A stretch of DNA of 64,000 nucleotides from Eledone cirrhosa (taxonomy: Eukaryota): contig OZ024760.1 of the NCBI GenBank assembly GCA_964016885.1, forward strand, positions 34,100,001 through 34,164,000. The letters are read 5' to 3'. Below are positions 41,445 to 57,059 of this stretch, one piece after another (the stretch's first letter is position 1; each line of letters opens with the position of its first letter). The translations under genes and the position numbers were made by a program. The notes beneath the pieces were generated by a model. It did not search any database, was not told the DNA's origin, and saw only the letters and a list, made by a program, of their open reading frames with translations.

Positions 41445-41650
41445 TAACAGATTAAAGTTTAAGCAAAGAATCGTTGCTTTCACCCTTAACGGGATCTTCT
41501 GAAACTAAAAAAGTCAATCTGTGAACGTAGAAGTAAATATTTAAAAAAACGTTGCAACCGAAGGAAGTTGCTCTACGGTTCTTATATATCTGATATATAT
41601 TTATCCTTATCGAGCCCTCTTTGGATTTTAGTCTTCAAATATATTATTAT

Positions 41651-41692
<42 letters not shown>

Positions 41693-41871
41693 GATGATGA
41701 TGATGATGATGATGATGAAGAGAAAGGCAATGACAGATACAGCTTGGCACTAGTGTCTTGTCCAGGAATCGAACTCATGTCCATACGATTGTAAGTCCAA
41801 TACCCTAACCACTAGGCCATGCTCCTTCACCAGCTGTAACAACAACAAGTATTTCTATGGAGGTTACTTAC

Positions 41872-42004
41872 CGATTTCTTCTTCCAATCCATTAAAGTTC
41901 TGCTGTAAGTCTTTGGCTTCAGTTTCAGTGAGAACCTGAAGTGCTGTGACGTAACCATTTCTGTTGAAGTCATCGTCGAGTTTTGATGAAACCTTGTCGG
42001 CCAT
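41872..42004 (-). CDS. PhyH-family dioxygenase, exon 1 (start)
   Basis: ATG at 42004. Encodes MADKVSSKLDDDFNRNGYVTALQVLTETEAKDLQQNFNGLEEEI(G), with the F-x-x-x-GY PhyH N-terminal motif and a GTAAGT donor. The four exons sum to 786 nt (261 aa plus stop) with consistent phases. Confidence 0.9.
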
Positions 42005-42024
42005 TACAAGTTATCGAACGATGC

Positions 42025-42680
42025 GATGGTTTGATGGTTGATGGTTTGATGATGTCGTCTGTGGGTTTGGTGGTTTGGTGGTTTATTTGATTGGTGGTTT
42101 TTGTCTGTGTTTAGTGGGTTGGTGGTTTGGTGGGTTGGTGGTTTGATGATGTCGTCTGTGGGTTTGGTGGTTTGGTGGTTTATTTGATTGGTGGTTTTTG
42201 TCTGTGCTTAGTGGGTTGGTGGTTTGGTGGTTTGGTGGTTTGATGATGTCGTCTGTGGTTTGGTGGTTTGGTGGTTTATTTGATTGGTGGTTTTTGTCTG
42301 TGCTTAGTGGGTTGGTGGTTTGGTGGTTTGGTGGTTTGATGATGTCGTCTGTGGGTTTGGTGGTTTGGTGGTTTATTTGATTGGTGGTTTTTGTCTGTGC
42401 TTAGAGGGTTGGTGGTTTGGTGGTTTGGTGGTTTGATGATGTCGTCTGTGGGTTTGGTCGTTTGGTCGTTTATTGGATTGGCGGTTTTTGTCTGTGCTTA
42501 GTGGGTTGGTGGTTTGGTGGGTTGGTGGTTTGATGGTTTGGTGGTTTGATGAGGTCGTCTGTGGGTTTGGTGGTTTTTGTCTGTGGCTGGTGGTTTCGTG
42601 GTTTGGTGGTTAGTGGGTTGGTGGGTTGGCGGGTTGGTGGGTGATGTTTTGTGTCTGTTAGATTGATGGTTTGATGGTTG
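42025..42680. repeat. GGTTT/GGTGGTTT-rich compound repeat with ~90-100-bp higher-order units
   Basis: Recurring GATGATGTCGTCTGTGGGTTTGGTGGTTTGGTGGTTTATTTGATTGGTGGTTTTTGTCTGTGCTTAGTGG. It starts about 20 nt upstream of the PhyH ATG. Confidence 0.9.
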
Positions 42681-42686
42681 TATACA

Positions 42687-42752
42687 AACTGACTTTGGAG
42701 TGATTCTTATGACAGCCGAATATATATAAGCGTGGGAAGATCCAAAACTAAG

Positions 42753-42818
<66 letters not shown>

Positions 42819-42931
42819 GAATGGGCGTACGTACACACATACTTACACTCACACACGTGTTTGTAAATACCTATATTGACATATGTGACTAATTGAGATC
42901 ATGTGACCATGTGACTATATGACCACGTGAC
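42687..42931 (-). promoter_or_regulatory. Candidate PhyH core promoter with upstream E-box cluster
   Basis: Minus-strand TATATATA (42721-42728) lies ~30 nt before an Inr-like TCAGTT (42687-42692). kB-like GGGAAGATCC at 42734-42743. CACGTG/CATGTG boxes at 42854, 42900, 42908 and 42924. Motif matches only. Confidence 0.35.
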
Positions 42932-43062
42932 TCTGTTTCCGTGAGTGTTGAGTGTTGTTTAGTCTAACACCCGAACTTGTTTGGATATTAAACTGCAAAA
43001 AAATAATTAAAAAATGAAAAAAAAAGAATAAAGTTTTACTGGATAAGGAAGATAGCAGGAAA

Positions 43063-44502
<1,440 letters not shown>

Positions 44503-45086
44503 ATATGGTACACCAACTAGAGAGAAATAAGAGAGAAAATATGAGTGGTAGTAGTTGTTGTTGTTGTTGACGGACCTCCGTCTGTTGCAACGACAAGTGT
44601 TTTAGTTGTCCAGTTCTCAGGGAGATTCATTGTGATAGAGTGTTTGACAAGGCTGAACATACCACAGCTACGTGTACTCCACAACGTAGTTCTCAGGGAG
44701 ACTCAGTGTGATAGAGTGTGTGTCAAGGCTGAGCATACCACAACCACGTGTACTCACAACGTAGTTTTCAATTACGGAAATAACTCATTTTTCCCCAGCT
44801 CAGATGACTGGGGCAACATAAACAAAAAAGTGTCTTGCTTAAGGACCCAATGTGCCACCAGGAATCAAACTCACATCTTTACGATCGTGAGCTGAACACA
44901 GAGGCGTAACTAGGGTGTGGCAAGCATGGCACGTGCCATGAGCGCCACATGGACTAGGAGCACGTTCTATTAAAGTCAAATAAACCTCGTCAGAGAGTAA
45001 AAACAGAAACTCCTTCAGATGTATGATCTGTCTCTATCATGGGTGAACACTATGGTGACTGGGTCATTAAACTATTTATATAAATT

Positions 45087-45580
45087 ACTAGCAATGGTAC
45101 CCGGCATTGCACGGGATAAGGTATTTTGGAACGCGGGCCGCCAACAGACGTAATCGTGGAAAAACTGCATGCCTGGACAATATGTAAAGAAAATAAACCG
45201 AATACTCTGATGGCTGGATAATCTTTAAGATTTTCCTCGATGAAGCAGAAAAAATGCAGGTTTTCACCTAGGGGATCAAGAAAATGCATAATATGCTTTG
45301 AAATTTCGGGAAAATCGGCTAGACGTAACGCCTCAAAAAAGCCCTAAAAAGCTGAAAAAATGAAGTTTCTCACCTAATGCGGGCCCTAGGCCATAAAGAA
45401 AGTTGGATTTTCTTTGCTCACGGTATGAAGAAGAGACTGAGTAATACATAGTTACAATTTCAAGGAAATCGGTCTGACAACGCCTCAAAAAAAACCCTAA
45501 AAAGCTGGGGAAAAACGCAGTTTTTCACCTAATGTGGGCTCTAGGGGATCAAAAAGTTGAATTCTTTTCCCTAGTCTCTG
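45087..45580 (+). mobile_element. Helentron/HINE-like non-autonomous element fragment
   Basis: Terminus ACTAGC...ACCCGGCATTGCACGGG and internal ~170-bp subrepeats (AACGCCTCAAAAAA..CCCTAAAAAGCTG). A possible related 3' part lies at ~60235-60420. Confidence 0.45.
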
Positions 45581-46729
45581 GCTGAACATCTTAACCACTG
45601 AGCCACGAGGAAAGCAACTGTGAAGCGGTGTAGGGTAGGATCAGTCAGAGTTACTTCCTCTTGTCACCTGAGCATGTCATCTAAAGAAGTTTATCAGATT
45701 ATATTCCAAGTTAAAAGATGCTTTGTTTAATTTGATAACAACCAGTCGTGTCTACCAGATGTCTAAGGAGATTGCTAAGACGTTTGCACTGTTCCAGGAC
45801 ATTCTTTCATTCTTTCGTTCCTTTATTCCTGTTATTGTTTTCAGTCATTAAACTGCAGCCATGCTGGAGCAACCACAGTCTTAACTCTTAACGTCCGGTA
45901 CCGCATGAAACCACATTAGCAAGTCAGCAAGATTAGAAAAGTTGAAAAAATCCCTATGAGTGCACCACGTTAATAATCTATGTCTTCTGAAACTACATAG
46001 ATGTGAATAATCATTTTTTTGTTGTTTTTAATTCCTTTGGCTCCCCGTGGGGTATTCTAAAGTCAGAAGGCTGGTTAGGCCCGTACTTATCCCAGTTTCA
46101 TGGCATGAAGCGACTGAGAGTACAAGACTTCCACTGGACAGGACGCGAGTCCATCGCAGGGTTAAACCCCCAGCTATTGCTGGTACTCATTTTCAGCTAA
46201 GCACACTGGAGCAACGTGAAATGAAGTGTTTTGCTAAAGAACACAACCCAGCCGAGGAATCAAACCCACTATATTATGATCGTAAGACCAACACTCTTAC
46301 CACTGGGCCACGTTTAAACCATTACAAAGGAAATTTTAACTTTGTATTAAATCATCATTACGTCTACGATGTCTTTGTTTATAATAGGTTCTCAACCGTC
46401 TTTAGAGATAGCTGTATAGAATTCCCTCTTATGACCGGCCTACATCTATAGGTCAGATTGACATCTTACTCCCTGCCCTTGTTCTACAGGCAAGTTCAGC
46501 CACCCCACCCCCACCCGCCGCTATGAAGGAATTTAACTGCGTTTACAAAATCTTTGACAATTCCTCCGATAAAAACAACTTTGAGAACTGTTTGACACGA
46601 CACTACTGCGACGCTCTCATTGCATGCCCATATATGGAATTACTTCTTGATAAGTTCTGCCAGGCTACTGCCGTCCTAACAAAGCTGTCGAAACGGCCGA
46701 AGCTCATCTGTCGGGGTCCTGACTCTTTT

Positions 46730-46829
<100 letters not shown>

Positions 46830-46847
46830 GTGTGTCTGTGTATGTAT

Positions 46848-46880
<33 letters not shown>

Positions 46881-47614
46881 ATGTCTATGTAGAGGGAGAG
46901 GAAGAGAGAGAGAACAATAGGAAAAGTCTGGAGCCAAGAATAATGGATATTCAAGTGCAAAAGAAAAGAAATCGATAATGAGAGGAAAAAAATATATAAA
47001 AAGTGAGAAAGTCAATGATTCACGTCAGAATTTATTCCTGAATTTTATAAAAGAAACATTTTACATCCTTTTCCCCCAGAATATATTTATTATGATAATA
47101 ATAATAATAATTGATAAGGAAAACTAAATAGAAATATTTGTTGACAAAACCTGAAGTTGTTGCCGGAAAACAAATATCTATGATTGGATTTAATAAAAGA
47201 CAGAAGAACTCTGTCTTGGAGTTCATATTTTAGTAGAAGACCGCATCACATTGAAGAGTTGTTTCACCAATACTGGACAGGTAGACCATGAGTTTCTCAT
47301 TTACAAAGGTAATTGGACACTTTATGGGTGGTTTCATTTCCTTGGCTTTGTGCGATAGGTTCACAATCGTAAGGTCAGGAGTTCGATTCCCTGCACCGTT
47401 TGGTACGTTGAGTCCTTGAGCAAGACACTTTATTTCATGTTGCTCCAGTACACTCAGCTGGCAAACATGAGGTGCAGTATCACTGGTGCCAAGATGTTCA
47501 CTGTAATTCTTATCTGTAGGTACTCTGTAACAAACGGACATATGCTATATTTATGTGTAGATACTCTGTAACAAACGGAACATACACATTGTACTCTATA
47601 TTTCTTATCTGTAG

Positions 47615-47711
47615 GCCTCGTACAAGAAATGGAAGCTGTGCTGTTTATTTTCTACAAAACACCAGCCAAAGTATCTGTCAAATTTGGAAAATACTTCAAA
47701 ATGTACACATC
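47615..47711 (+). other. Candidate upstream exon of ACOD1 (5'UTR or N-terminal extension)
   Basis: tttcttatctgtag acceptor and GTAAGT donor. Spliced to the tgcag acceptor ending at 47955, it reads openly ASYKKWKLCCLFSTKHQPKYLSNLENTSKCTHHSSS into MLHTQ. Confidence 0.4.
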
Positions 47712-47966
47712 GTAAGTAAAGCCAAAATACTTTTATATCCATCACTATCACTATCATCATTATAACCATCATCATCATCATCATCATCATCGGCATCATC
47801 ATCATCACCCACTTCATCGTCGTTTTACGTACCTCGACATTTCTATGTCTGCCAGTAAAGACACTATAAACGTTTTAAATTAACAAACCTGTATTTTAGA
47901 TATTTCTTTCTTCTGAATCATTGCAGTTAACTCTAAAGAAACGTTATACTTGCAGACTCTTCATCG

Positions 47967-48469
47967 ATGTTACACACCCAAAGTGTTACCTCACTGTTTG
48001 CAGAACTCATCAGCAACTCAAACCTAAGCAATCTGTCAGAGATAGTACAGACAAGAAGCAAAAGGATGATTTTGGACACTTTAGGTGTCGGCATCCTTGG
48101 TTTTCACAGTGAAACAACAAAAACTGTAAATTCATGGGCTGAAAACCTCGGTTACTTCGAAATACACGAAAGCAGTGTAGGAAAACCCCCAAATGTGGTG
48201 GTATGGGGTAGTTCTAATAAAAGAGCTCCTATAGGCCTCGCTACTTACCTGAATGGAATCAGCGTCCATTCAATAGATTTTGATGACACCTGGCACCCAG
48301 CCACCCATCCAAGTGGACCTGTTTTACCTGCTGTTTTGTCATTGTCTGAGTATATGACCGGTTCTTTTCGGCCAACTTCAGACGAACTTTTGGTGGCCTA
48401 CAATATCGGAATCCAAACGCAGGGTCTCCTTCTACACAGTTCAACAAAGTCCAAAAATATCCCTGAAAG
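47967..48469 (+). CDS. ACOD1: Cis-aconitate decarboxylase (IRG1, MmgE/PrpD family), first main coding exon
   Basis: RSKRMILDTLGVG, NGISVHSIDFDDTWHPATHPSGPVLPA and LLVAYNIGIQTQG closely match vertebrate ACOD1 as recalled. The 3' boundary is inferred from phase and homology, and the donor reads TTAAGT. Confidence 0.92.
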
Positions 48470-48724
48470 TTAAGTAATATTTTCCTCGTCCTCCTTTTTT
48501 TCTTTGCTTTTTACTTTCATTGTTTCTTTCTTTTGTCTTCTTTTCCTTCTTTTTCCTCTTTTTTTCTTTGTAAATAATTTGTTACACCCTTAATTATATC
48601 AACCAACAATCCTACTTTACTTTATCCATGGTAAATTTCTACAGTTGGATGCCATTCCTAATGCAAACCACATTTACAGTGTGTGCTGGGTGCTTTTTAT
48701 CATGACTCCTTCATGACCACTTTA

Positions 48725-48887
<163 letters not shown>

Positions 48888-48910
48888 GTGTGTTTATATA
48901 TATAAATATA

Positions 48911-49929
<1,019 letters not shown>

Positions 49930-49990
49930 ATATATATATATATATTCATTCAAAATATTAACAAAAATAGAACTTCATTGTGATCAAGTA

Positions 49991-50057
49991 TATTTTATTA
50001 TACATATTTCAGAGGTACTGAGCTAACTTCAACAGTACGTCCTCATCAGATAAAATA
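49991..50057 (-). ncRNA. Type I hammerhead ribozyme motif in Penelope 3' pLTR
   Basis: Reverse complement of 54715-54781. Confidence 0.78.
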
Positions 50058-52024
50058 AGATGATGCATGACATACCCTAACTTAGTAGATGGTTAAGATC
50101 CAGTCATGGTAGTGAGTAAGATATGACAAAACTCAATAGTTATATACCTTAAGATTGATACATGAAAAAACTTACATATAATACATATAGTACAGAGGGT
50201 GCGTGTAAGAAAGCTTAAAAATACATAACAGTAATTTACATAACTGTTAGAGATTCAAATAATTATTTAAGAAAGAGGAAAGTAAAAAGACAGAGAGAAA
50301 ACATATGAGGGGAAAATATAGCTAGAAGAGGTATAGAGAGCAAAGGAAAAATTGATCAAGGAAAGGGAGACAAAGAGGACTAATTATAATTATAGGGAGG
50401 GATGTATAGTTATGTATGATATATATCCATACACAACTATACATTTGGGCATAGCTATGCGATAGAGTAAACTCAAATCATTGAATTATTGAATTATCTA
50501 GAAATATTCATCAATCTAAATCCTAAATATAACTGGGTGTAATCAATAAGGGTTAATTTCCTCAGTTAATTAGATATATATACTATCCAAATGTGTCCGG
50601 TTGACCGTTAACTTTCAAATCATTTAAGTTAGTTAAGAGTAATGAATTAATTAAAGTGTATAATATTTCAGGCTATAAAAGTTTATAAATATCTGTATTA
50701 ATATTAAAGTATACTATCATATTTAATTTATAAAATCATATTTTATGAATTCATATTTAAACTATTTGTGAACATGAGAGAGAAAACATGCTATTTTTCA
50801 TCTTGTCGAAGGTAAATCTTGATAATTTTATTATAATATATTTAATTATTATATTGAAGATATAATTAAAAAAAAAAATTTTAGATTAACAATTAGAATG
50901 CCTTAAAGCATCAAAAGGCCTTATAATTAAACTTAAAAAGTTTATTATTAAATTAGCTATATGCATTTGTCTAAATATAAACAAAGATTATATTGTGTAA
51001 AGATTAAGATGATACCTATCATTTATATATAACATAATATAATACAATAAATAAGTTACTGATAATATTGTTAAAAATTAAGGTTTTAGATCAATTATTA
51101 TAATAAGGTCACGTAACACATATATACTATAAATATACAAGTCAAACTTCTTGAATCATACGGATAATAATACGATTCAAAGTAAAATAATGAATTGTCT
51201 GCGATCTTAGATTTTCTTTATAAATTTATATAGTAGTGTAATGTGTCTGTAAACATGAGAAAGAGAAAGCCTAAGGATTTCATTGACCCGAAGGTAAGCC
51301 AAATTTAATTAAATTAAATTAAATAATAATCATTATATAACTTAGAAAATTTAAAAAGTATTTAGAGCATATTTAACGATTATAACACTAGAAAATCATT
51401 AAAGTATCCAAAGTACTTATCAATAATAATCGTTATATAACTTAGAGAGTTTAGAAAATATTTAGAAAGTCATTAAAGTATTTAAAGTACTTATAAATGT
51501 AATTAGAAGCATGTTATTATACTAGATATACGGATTTGTTCAAATATAAATAGAGTATTCAGATATTAGTGATCGATATACATATAATAAATAGTACAAT
51601 CATTGTTAGTAATGTTATAATTGAAGTTTTACATCAAGATAAGTGGAAAAAAAGATTGACGACTAGTATCGTGTGTGATGCATATACCGTAAATATATAT
51701 AAATAAAAATATATAAATCAAACTTCCTGAATCTTAAAACATACTCCAGATAAGTAAATATACAAAAACATAAATGCATGAATGATTTACGGTACATTAT
51801 AATTGTTAAGCGTATAAGCCATATATTAAAAAAATATATACAAGAATCCCAGTAAAAAATTAAATATATCTTAACAATCAAAAGGTATGCACATTCCTCA
51901 AGAGATCATGTTAACCAAAAATATGTTTATATACCTAAATAGGACCCTTTAATCTAACATTAATCATATCATAAAAGAATTAAAAGATAAAAATTATTAA
52001 AGTTTTATAATCTGTTATATCGTT

Positions 52025-52852
52025 TTAGGTACACAGTTGATAAGAGACATCAAAAATTAGAACGTGGTTATTTAGTGTTTTTTTCCTGACTTTTTGCGAG
52101 GCTTGGAATGTAGACAGAGCTTTATGAAGGCAGTTTGAGAATAATTCACTCTTTTTGTTAATTAAATTTTCACAATCAGTAATTATTAAAAGGGTCTCCA
52201 TAGTACAGAGGTTGCAGTTAGGTGATATTGACGAATTCAAATAAATTCTACTATTACATAACTTCGCCCAAGAAATCGAGTATTTTAAGTTTTTGTCTTT
52301 TAATGACCATATAAGTTGTGATAAAGAAGTCGAAGATTTCCTATTAGGATTCGAAAAAGTGCATTTGTGATTCGCAAATCTAGATTTAAATGTCGAAGAA
52401 GTTGCACCTATATAGTTGTATGTGATGTTATTTGCTTTTACTGTGCATTTATATACCAAATTGCAATCAAGACAGTTATTTTGCAGAGGGCAATCAGGTC
52501 TATTTCTACAATTACACTTCGATTTATTGTTATTACTATAAATTGTACTATTTACATTAGCATTATTAATATTCCGAAATCTTCTATTGATACTGTTACT
52601 GTTATTTCTAGTGTCAATATTGTTAGTGTTATTATATTCATTATCGTTAAATGTATGTTGATTTAGAATTCTACTATTTATTTTAGCGGTGTTTTGGGCC
52701 ATATTCATAGTTGTAGAATAAGAAAGCTTAATTGTGTGTCTGTTAAATACGGAACGGTATTTATGTTGAATGGAGAAAGATTTATCTAAAGCTTTAAAGA
52801 ATAGATTTGCGAGTGGAGTTTTTATTGCTACAGAAGCCGGGGGGCAAACCAT
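52025..52852 (-). pseudogene. Penelope linker plus GIY-YIG endonuclease remnant (RT missing)
   Basis: FNRHTIKLSYS, CNCRNRPDCPLQNNC, VYKC...YIGATSSTFKSRFANH, CNLCTME...LINKKSELFSNCLH. A 1-nt frameshift falls at the upstream IWFAPP motif (~52840). Confidence 0.9.
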
Positions 52853-54714
52853 ATAACTGATTTAGTTCTGATTTTTTTTCCCCGATTTATTTCCGGTAGT
52901 GGTGTTTGTATTAACATTTTTGGAATCTCGTTTATACATGTTAATCTTATTAGGATTATAATTCAAATTATTATCCATATATTCTATATTATTTTTATAA
53001 CCTGCCTTTCGTTACTATAAGTTACTGATAATTTTTAACAATATTATCAGTAACTTATTTATTGTATTATATTATGTTATATATAAATGATAGGTATCAT
53101 CTTAATCTTTACACAATATAATCTTTGTTTATATTTAGACAAATGCATATAGCTAATTTAATAATAAACTTTTTAAGTTTAATTATAAGGCCTTTTGATG
53201 CTTTAAGGCATTCTAATTGTTAATCTAAAATTTTTTTTTTTAATTATATCTTCAATATAATAATTAAATATATTATAATAAAATTATCAAGATTTACCTT
53301 CGACAAGATGAAAAATAGCATGTTTTCTCTCTCATGTTCACAAATAGTTTAAATATGAATTCATAAAATATGATTTTATAAATTAAATATGATAGTATAC
53401 TTTAATATTAATACAGATATTTATAAACTTTTATAGCCTGAAATATTATACACTTTAATTAATTCATTACTCTTAACTAACTTAAATGATTTGAAAGTTA
53501 ACGGTCAACCGGACACATTTGGATAGTATATATAACTAATTAACTGAGGAAATTAACCCTTATTGATTACACCCAGTTATATTTAGGATTTAGATTGATG
53601 AATATTTCTAGATAATTCAATAATTCAATGATTTGAGTTTACTCTATCGCATAGCTATGCCCCAATGTATAGTTGTGTATGGATATATATCATACATAAC
53701 TATACATCCCTCCCTATAATTATAATTAGTCCTCTTTGTCTCCCTTTCCTTGATCAATTTTTCCTTTGCTCTCTATACCTCTTCTAGCTATATTTTCCCC
53801 TCATATGTTTTCTCTCTGTCTTTTTACTTTTTCTTTCTTAAATAATTATTTGAATCTCTAACAGTTATGTAAATTACTGTTATGTATTTTTAAGCTTTCT
53901 TTTTTAATTATATCTTCAATATAATAATTAAATATATTATAATAAAATTATCAAGATTTACCTTCGACAAGATGAAAAATAGCATGTTTTCTCTCTCATG
54001 TTCACAAATAGTTTAAATATGAATTCATAAAATATGATTTTATAAATTAAATATGATAGTATACTTTAATATTAATACAGATATTTATAAACTTTTATAG
54101 CCTGAAATATTATACACATTAATTAATTCATTACTCTTAACTAACTTAAATGATTTGAAAGTTAACGGTCAACCGGACACATTTGGATAGTATATATAAC
54201 TAATTAACTGAGGAAATTAACCCTTATTGATTACACCCAGTTATATTTAGCATTTAGATTGATAATTATTTCTAAATAATTCAATAATTAAATGATATGA
54301 GTTTACTCTATCGCATAGCTATGCCCAAATGTATAGTTGTGTATGGATATATATCATACATAACTATACATCCCTCCCTATAATTATAATTATTCCTCTT
54401 TGTCTCCCTTTCCTTGATCAATTATCCTTTGCTCTCTATACCTCTTCTAGCTATATCTTCCCCTCATATGTTTTCTCTCTGTCTTTTTTCTTTCCTCTTT
54501 CTTCAATAATTATTTGAATCTCTAACAGTTATGTAAATTACTGTTATGTATTTTTAAGCTTTCTTACACGCACCCTCTGTACTATATGTATTATATGTAA
54601 GTTTTTTCATGTATCAATCTTAAGGTATATAACTATTGAGTTTTGTCATATCTTACTCACTACCATGACTGGATCTTAACCATCTACTAAGTCAGGGTAT
54701 GTCATGCATCATCT

Positions 54715-54781
54715 TATTTTATCTGATGAGGACGTACTGTTGAAGTTAGCTCAGTACCTCTGAAATATGTATAATAAAATA
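54715..54781 (+). ncRNA. Type I hammerhead ribozyme motif (sense to ACOD1 pre-mRNA)
   Basis: TATTTTAT-CTGATGA-GGA C GTACTG ttgaagttagct CAGTAC C TCT-GAAA-TATGTA-TA-ATAAAATA. Confidence 0.8.
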
Positions 54782-54920
54782 TACTTGATCACAATGAAGT
54801 TCTATTTTTGTTAATATTTTGAACGAATATTAATAACTCCGGAAAACCATAACTGTTGAGTGCTTCCAATCTATTGTAAAACTAATTCTTTGATTTATTC
54901 ATCGAACCTCGTTTAACCTT

Positions 54921-55040
<120 letters not shown>

Positions 55041-55196
55041 GTGTGTGTGTGTGTGTTTATATATAAATATATATACATCACCACTATTATAACTCTTGAC
55101 AAAAAAAGAAAAGGGAGAGTACTCCCAAAATAATTATTGGTGTTTAAAATATTTTCAGATATAGATGTCAATGTGAAACATTTTCTTTTATTTCAG

Positions 55197-55408
55197 GTTT
55201 CACCCGCCAGCTGTGGTTGGAGTGATGGGATCAGCTGCTGCTGCTGCAAGATTGCTGCAGCTGGGTCCATGCAAAACAAAACATGCGCTAGCCATTGCAG
55301 CCTCTTTTGCTGGTGCACCAATGGCAAATGCTGGCACACAGTGCAAACCGTTACACGTAGGAAAATCTGCACGTTTTGGCCTGGAGGCTGCTTTAATGGC
55401 AGACAAAG
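55197..55408 (+). CDS. ACOD1: Cis-aconitate decarboxylase, second coding exon
   Basis: tttcag/GTAAGA boundaries, 212 nt. Encodes (R)FHPPAVVGVMGSAAAAARLL...AGAPMANAGTQCKPLHVGKSARFGLEAALMADK(G). Confidence 0.95.
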
Positions 55409-56069
55409 GTAAGAGATAGAACATAGCAGCCTTACTGACTTTTTCAGGTTCAAAATTGTTTTATTGTTAGGAAGGGCATCCAGCCATAGAAGTCAGTGTC
55501 GGATTTAGGACAAATGAAGCCCTGTGCTAGTTAAGTTATGAGGCTCCATACTTGGGCCCTGAAGGGGGTAGGCCCGGTAGGCCTACACAGACAGTCATCA
55601 GGAAGTTGGGCCCCTTCATGGCCAAGGGGACCCTGTACTTAAGCACACCTGAACACAGGGGTGAATCCAGCACTGATAGAAGTCCTGCGAAAATGACTTG
55701 CATGGGTTTGACATGTTGTCCTGAACTGAGATCAGACTAAATATGTGACCACAGCCTGCTTGTACAGTCCATTTTTAGATTGCTTTCTACAGCTCAATGC
55801 CCTTCCTAACACCAACCACCTTATAGTATTCACTGGGGGCATTTTATTGTATCACAAACACCAGCGCAACCACAGTTTGTTAATTTAAATGGTCGTAGTA
55901 TCTTTACTGGTGATCAAATCATTGTGAAAATTGGCTGTAAACTAAAGTAGAGATTTTAATATTTAATGTAATGCAGTCATAATGTTGTTTTATACATTTC
56001 AAGAATGTCTTGTTAATGTGGTTTTGTGGCGTACAGGGCATTAAGAGTTAAAGTTGTTTGTACTTACAG

Positions 56070-56401
56070 GAATGGAAGGGAATGAAAACATTCTTGACAC
56101 AGTGTCTGGTTTTGGTGTATTTTTTGAAGACTATTCCCCAAAAAAGTTGTTAGATGTTGCTCTAAACAACCAACAGTATATTCTTCACGATCAAGATGTC
56201 GCCATCAAACGATTCCCAGCTCATTTAGGCATGCATTGGGCTATTGATGCAGCTATGGAAGCCCGACAACAAATGACTGGGGTATTCAGCTCTGAAATAC
56301 CATATAAAGAAATCAAAGCTATCCAAATTATTGCCCCCACATCAAAATATATTGACAGACCATTTCCAAAATCTCAGCATGAAGCAAGACACTCATTTCA
56401 G
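56070..56401 (+). CDS. ACOD1: Cis-aconitate decarboxylase, third coding exon
   Basis: ttacag/GTGAGT boundaries, 332 nt. Encodes GMEGNENILD..GFG..QDVAIKRFPAHLGMHW...KYIDRPFPKSQHEARHSFQ. Confidence 0.95.
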
Positions 56402-57059
56402 GTGAGTTAATTAGTTAGATTTCTTAATTAACTTTTTAAATGATTTTAAAAGAAAATTGGTGTGTTAATTCAAATATCTAGTGGAGGCATGTGACCCAGT
56501 GGTAAGTGTGTTGGACATACAATCATTATGTCGTAGGTTCGATTCCTGGACTGGATTGCCTGTTGTGTTGTTGAGCAAAACATTTCATTTCATGTTGCTC
56601 CAGTATACTTAGCTGAAAATGAGTACCAGTAATAGCTTGGACTGGTGTCATCCTGTCCATGGGGGGGAGTCATGTACTCTCAGTCGCTTCATGCTATGAA
56701 ACCGGAATAAGCTCCAGCCTGATGATCCTTCTGGCTTAAGACGACTTCAGACTTTTTTTTTACACTTTACTGGACAGATTGTTGTAAAAATGTTAATAAA
56801 TTAGAGTAAAGACTTTAATATTTATTGTGATGCAGTCATTTTTTACAAAATGTTTCTTATGCAAGTTTGTTTATTAACTCTTAAAATCCTGTAAAGATTC
56901 AAAAGAAAATATCTAAAAATGGGTTAATTCAACTACTTATAGTATCTTTACTTATGGATAGATCATTGTCACCATCATCCCCCACTACCACTACCATCAT
57001 TACCACCTCCGTCATCATTATCATGAACAACATCATCTTCACCACAGTGTAGTGTGTAC

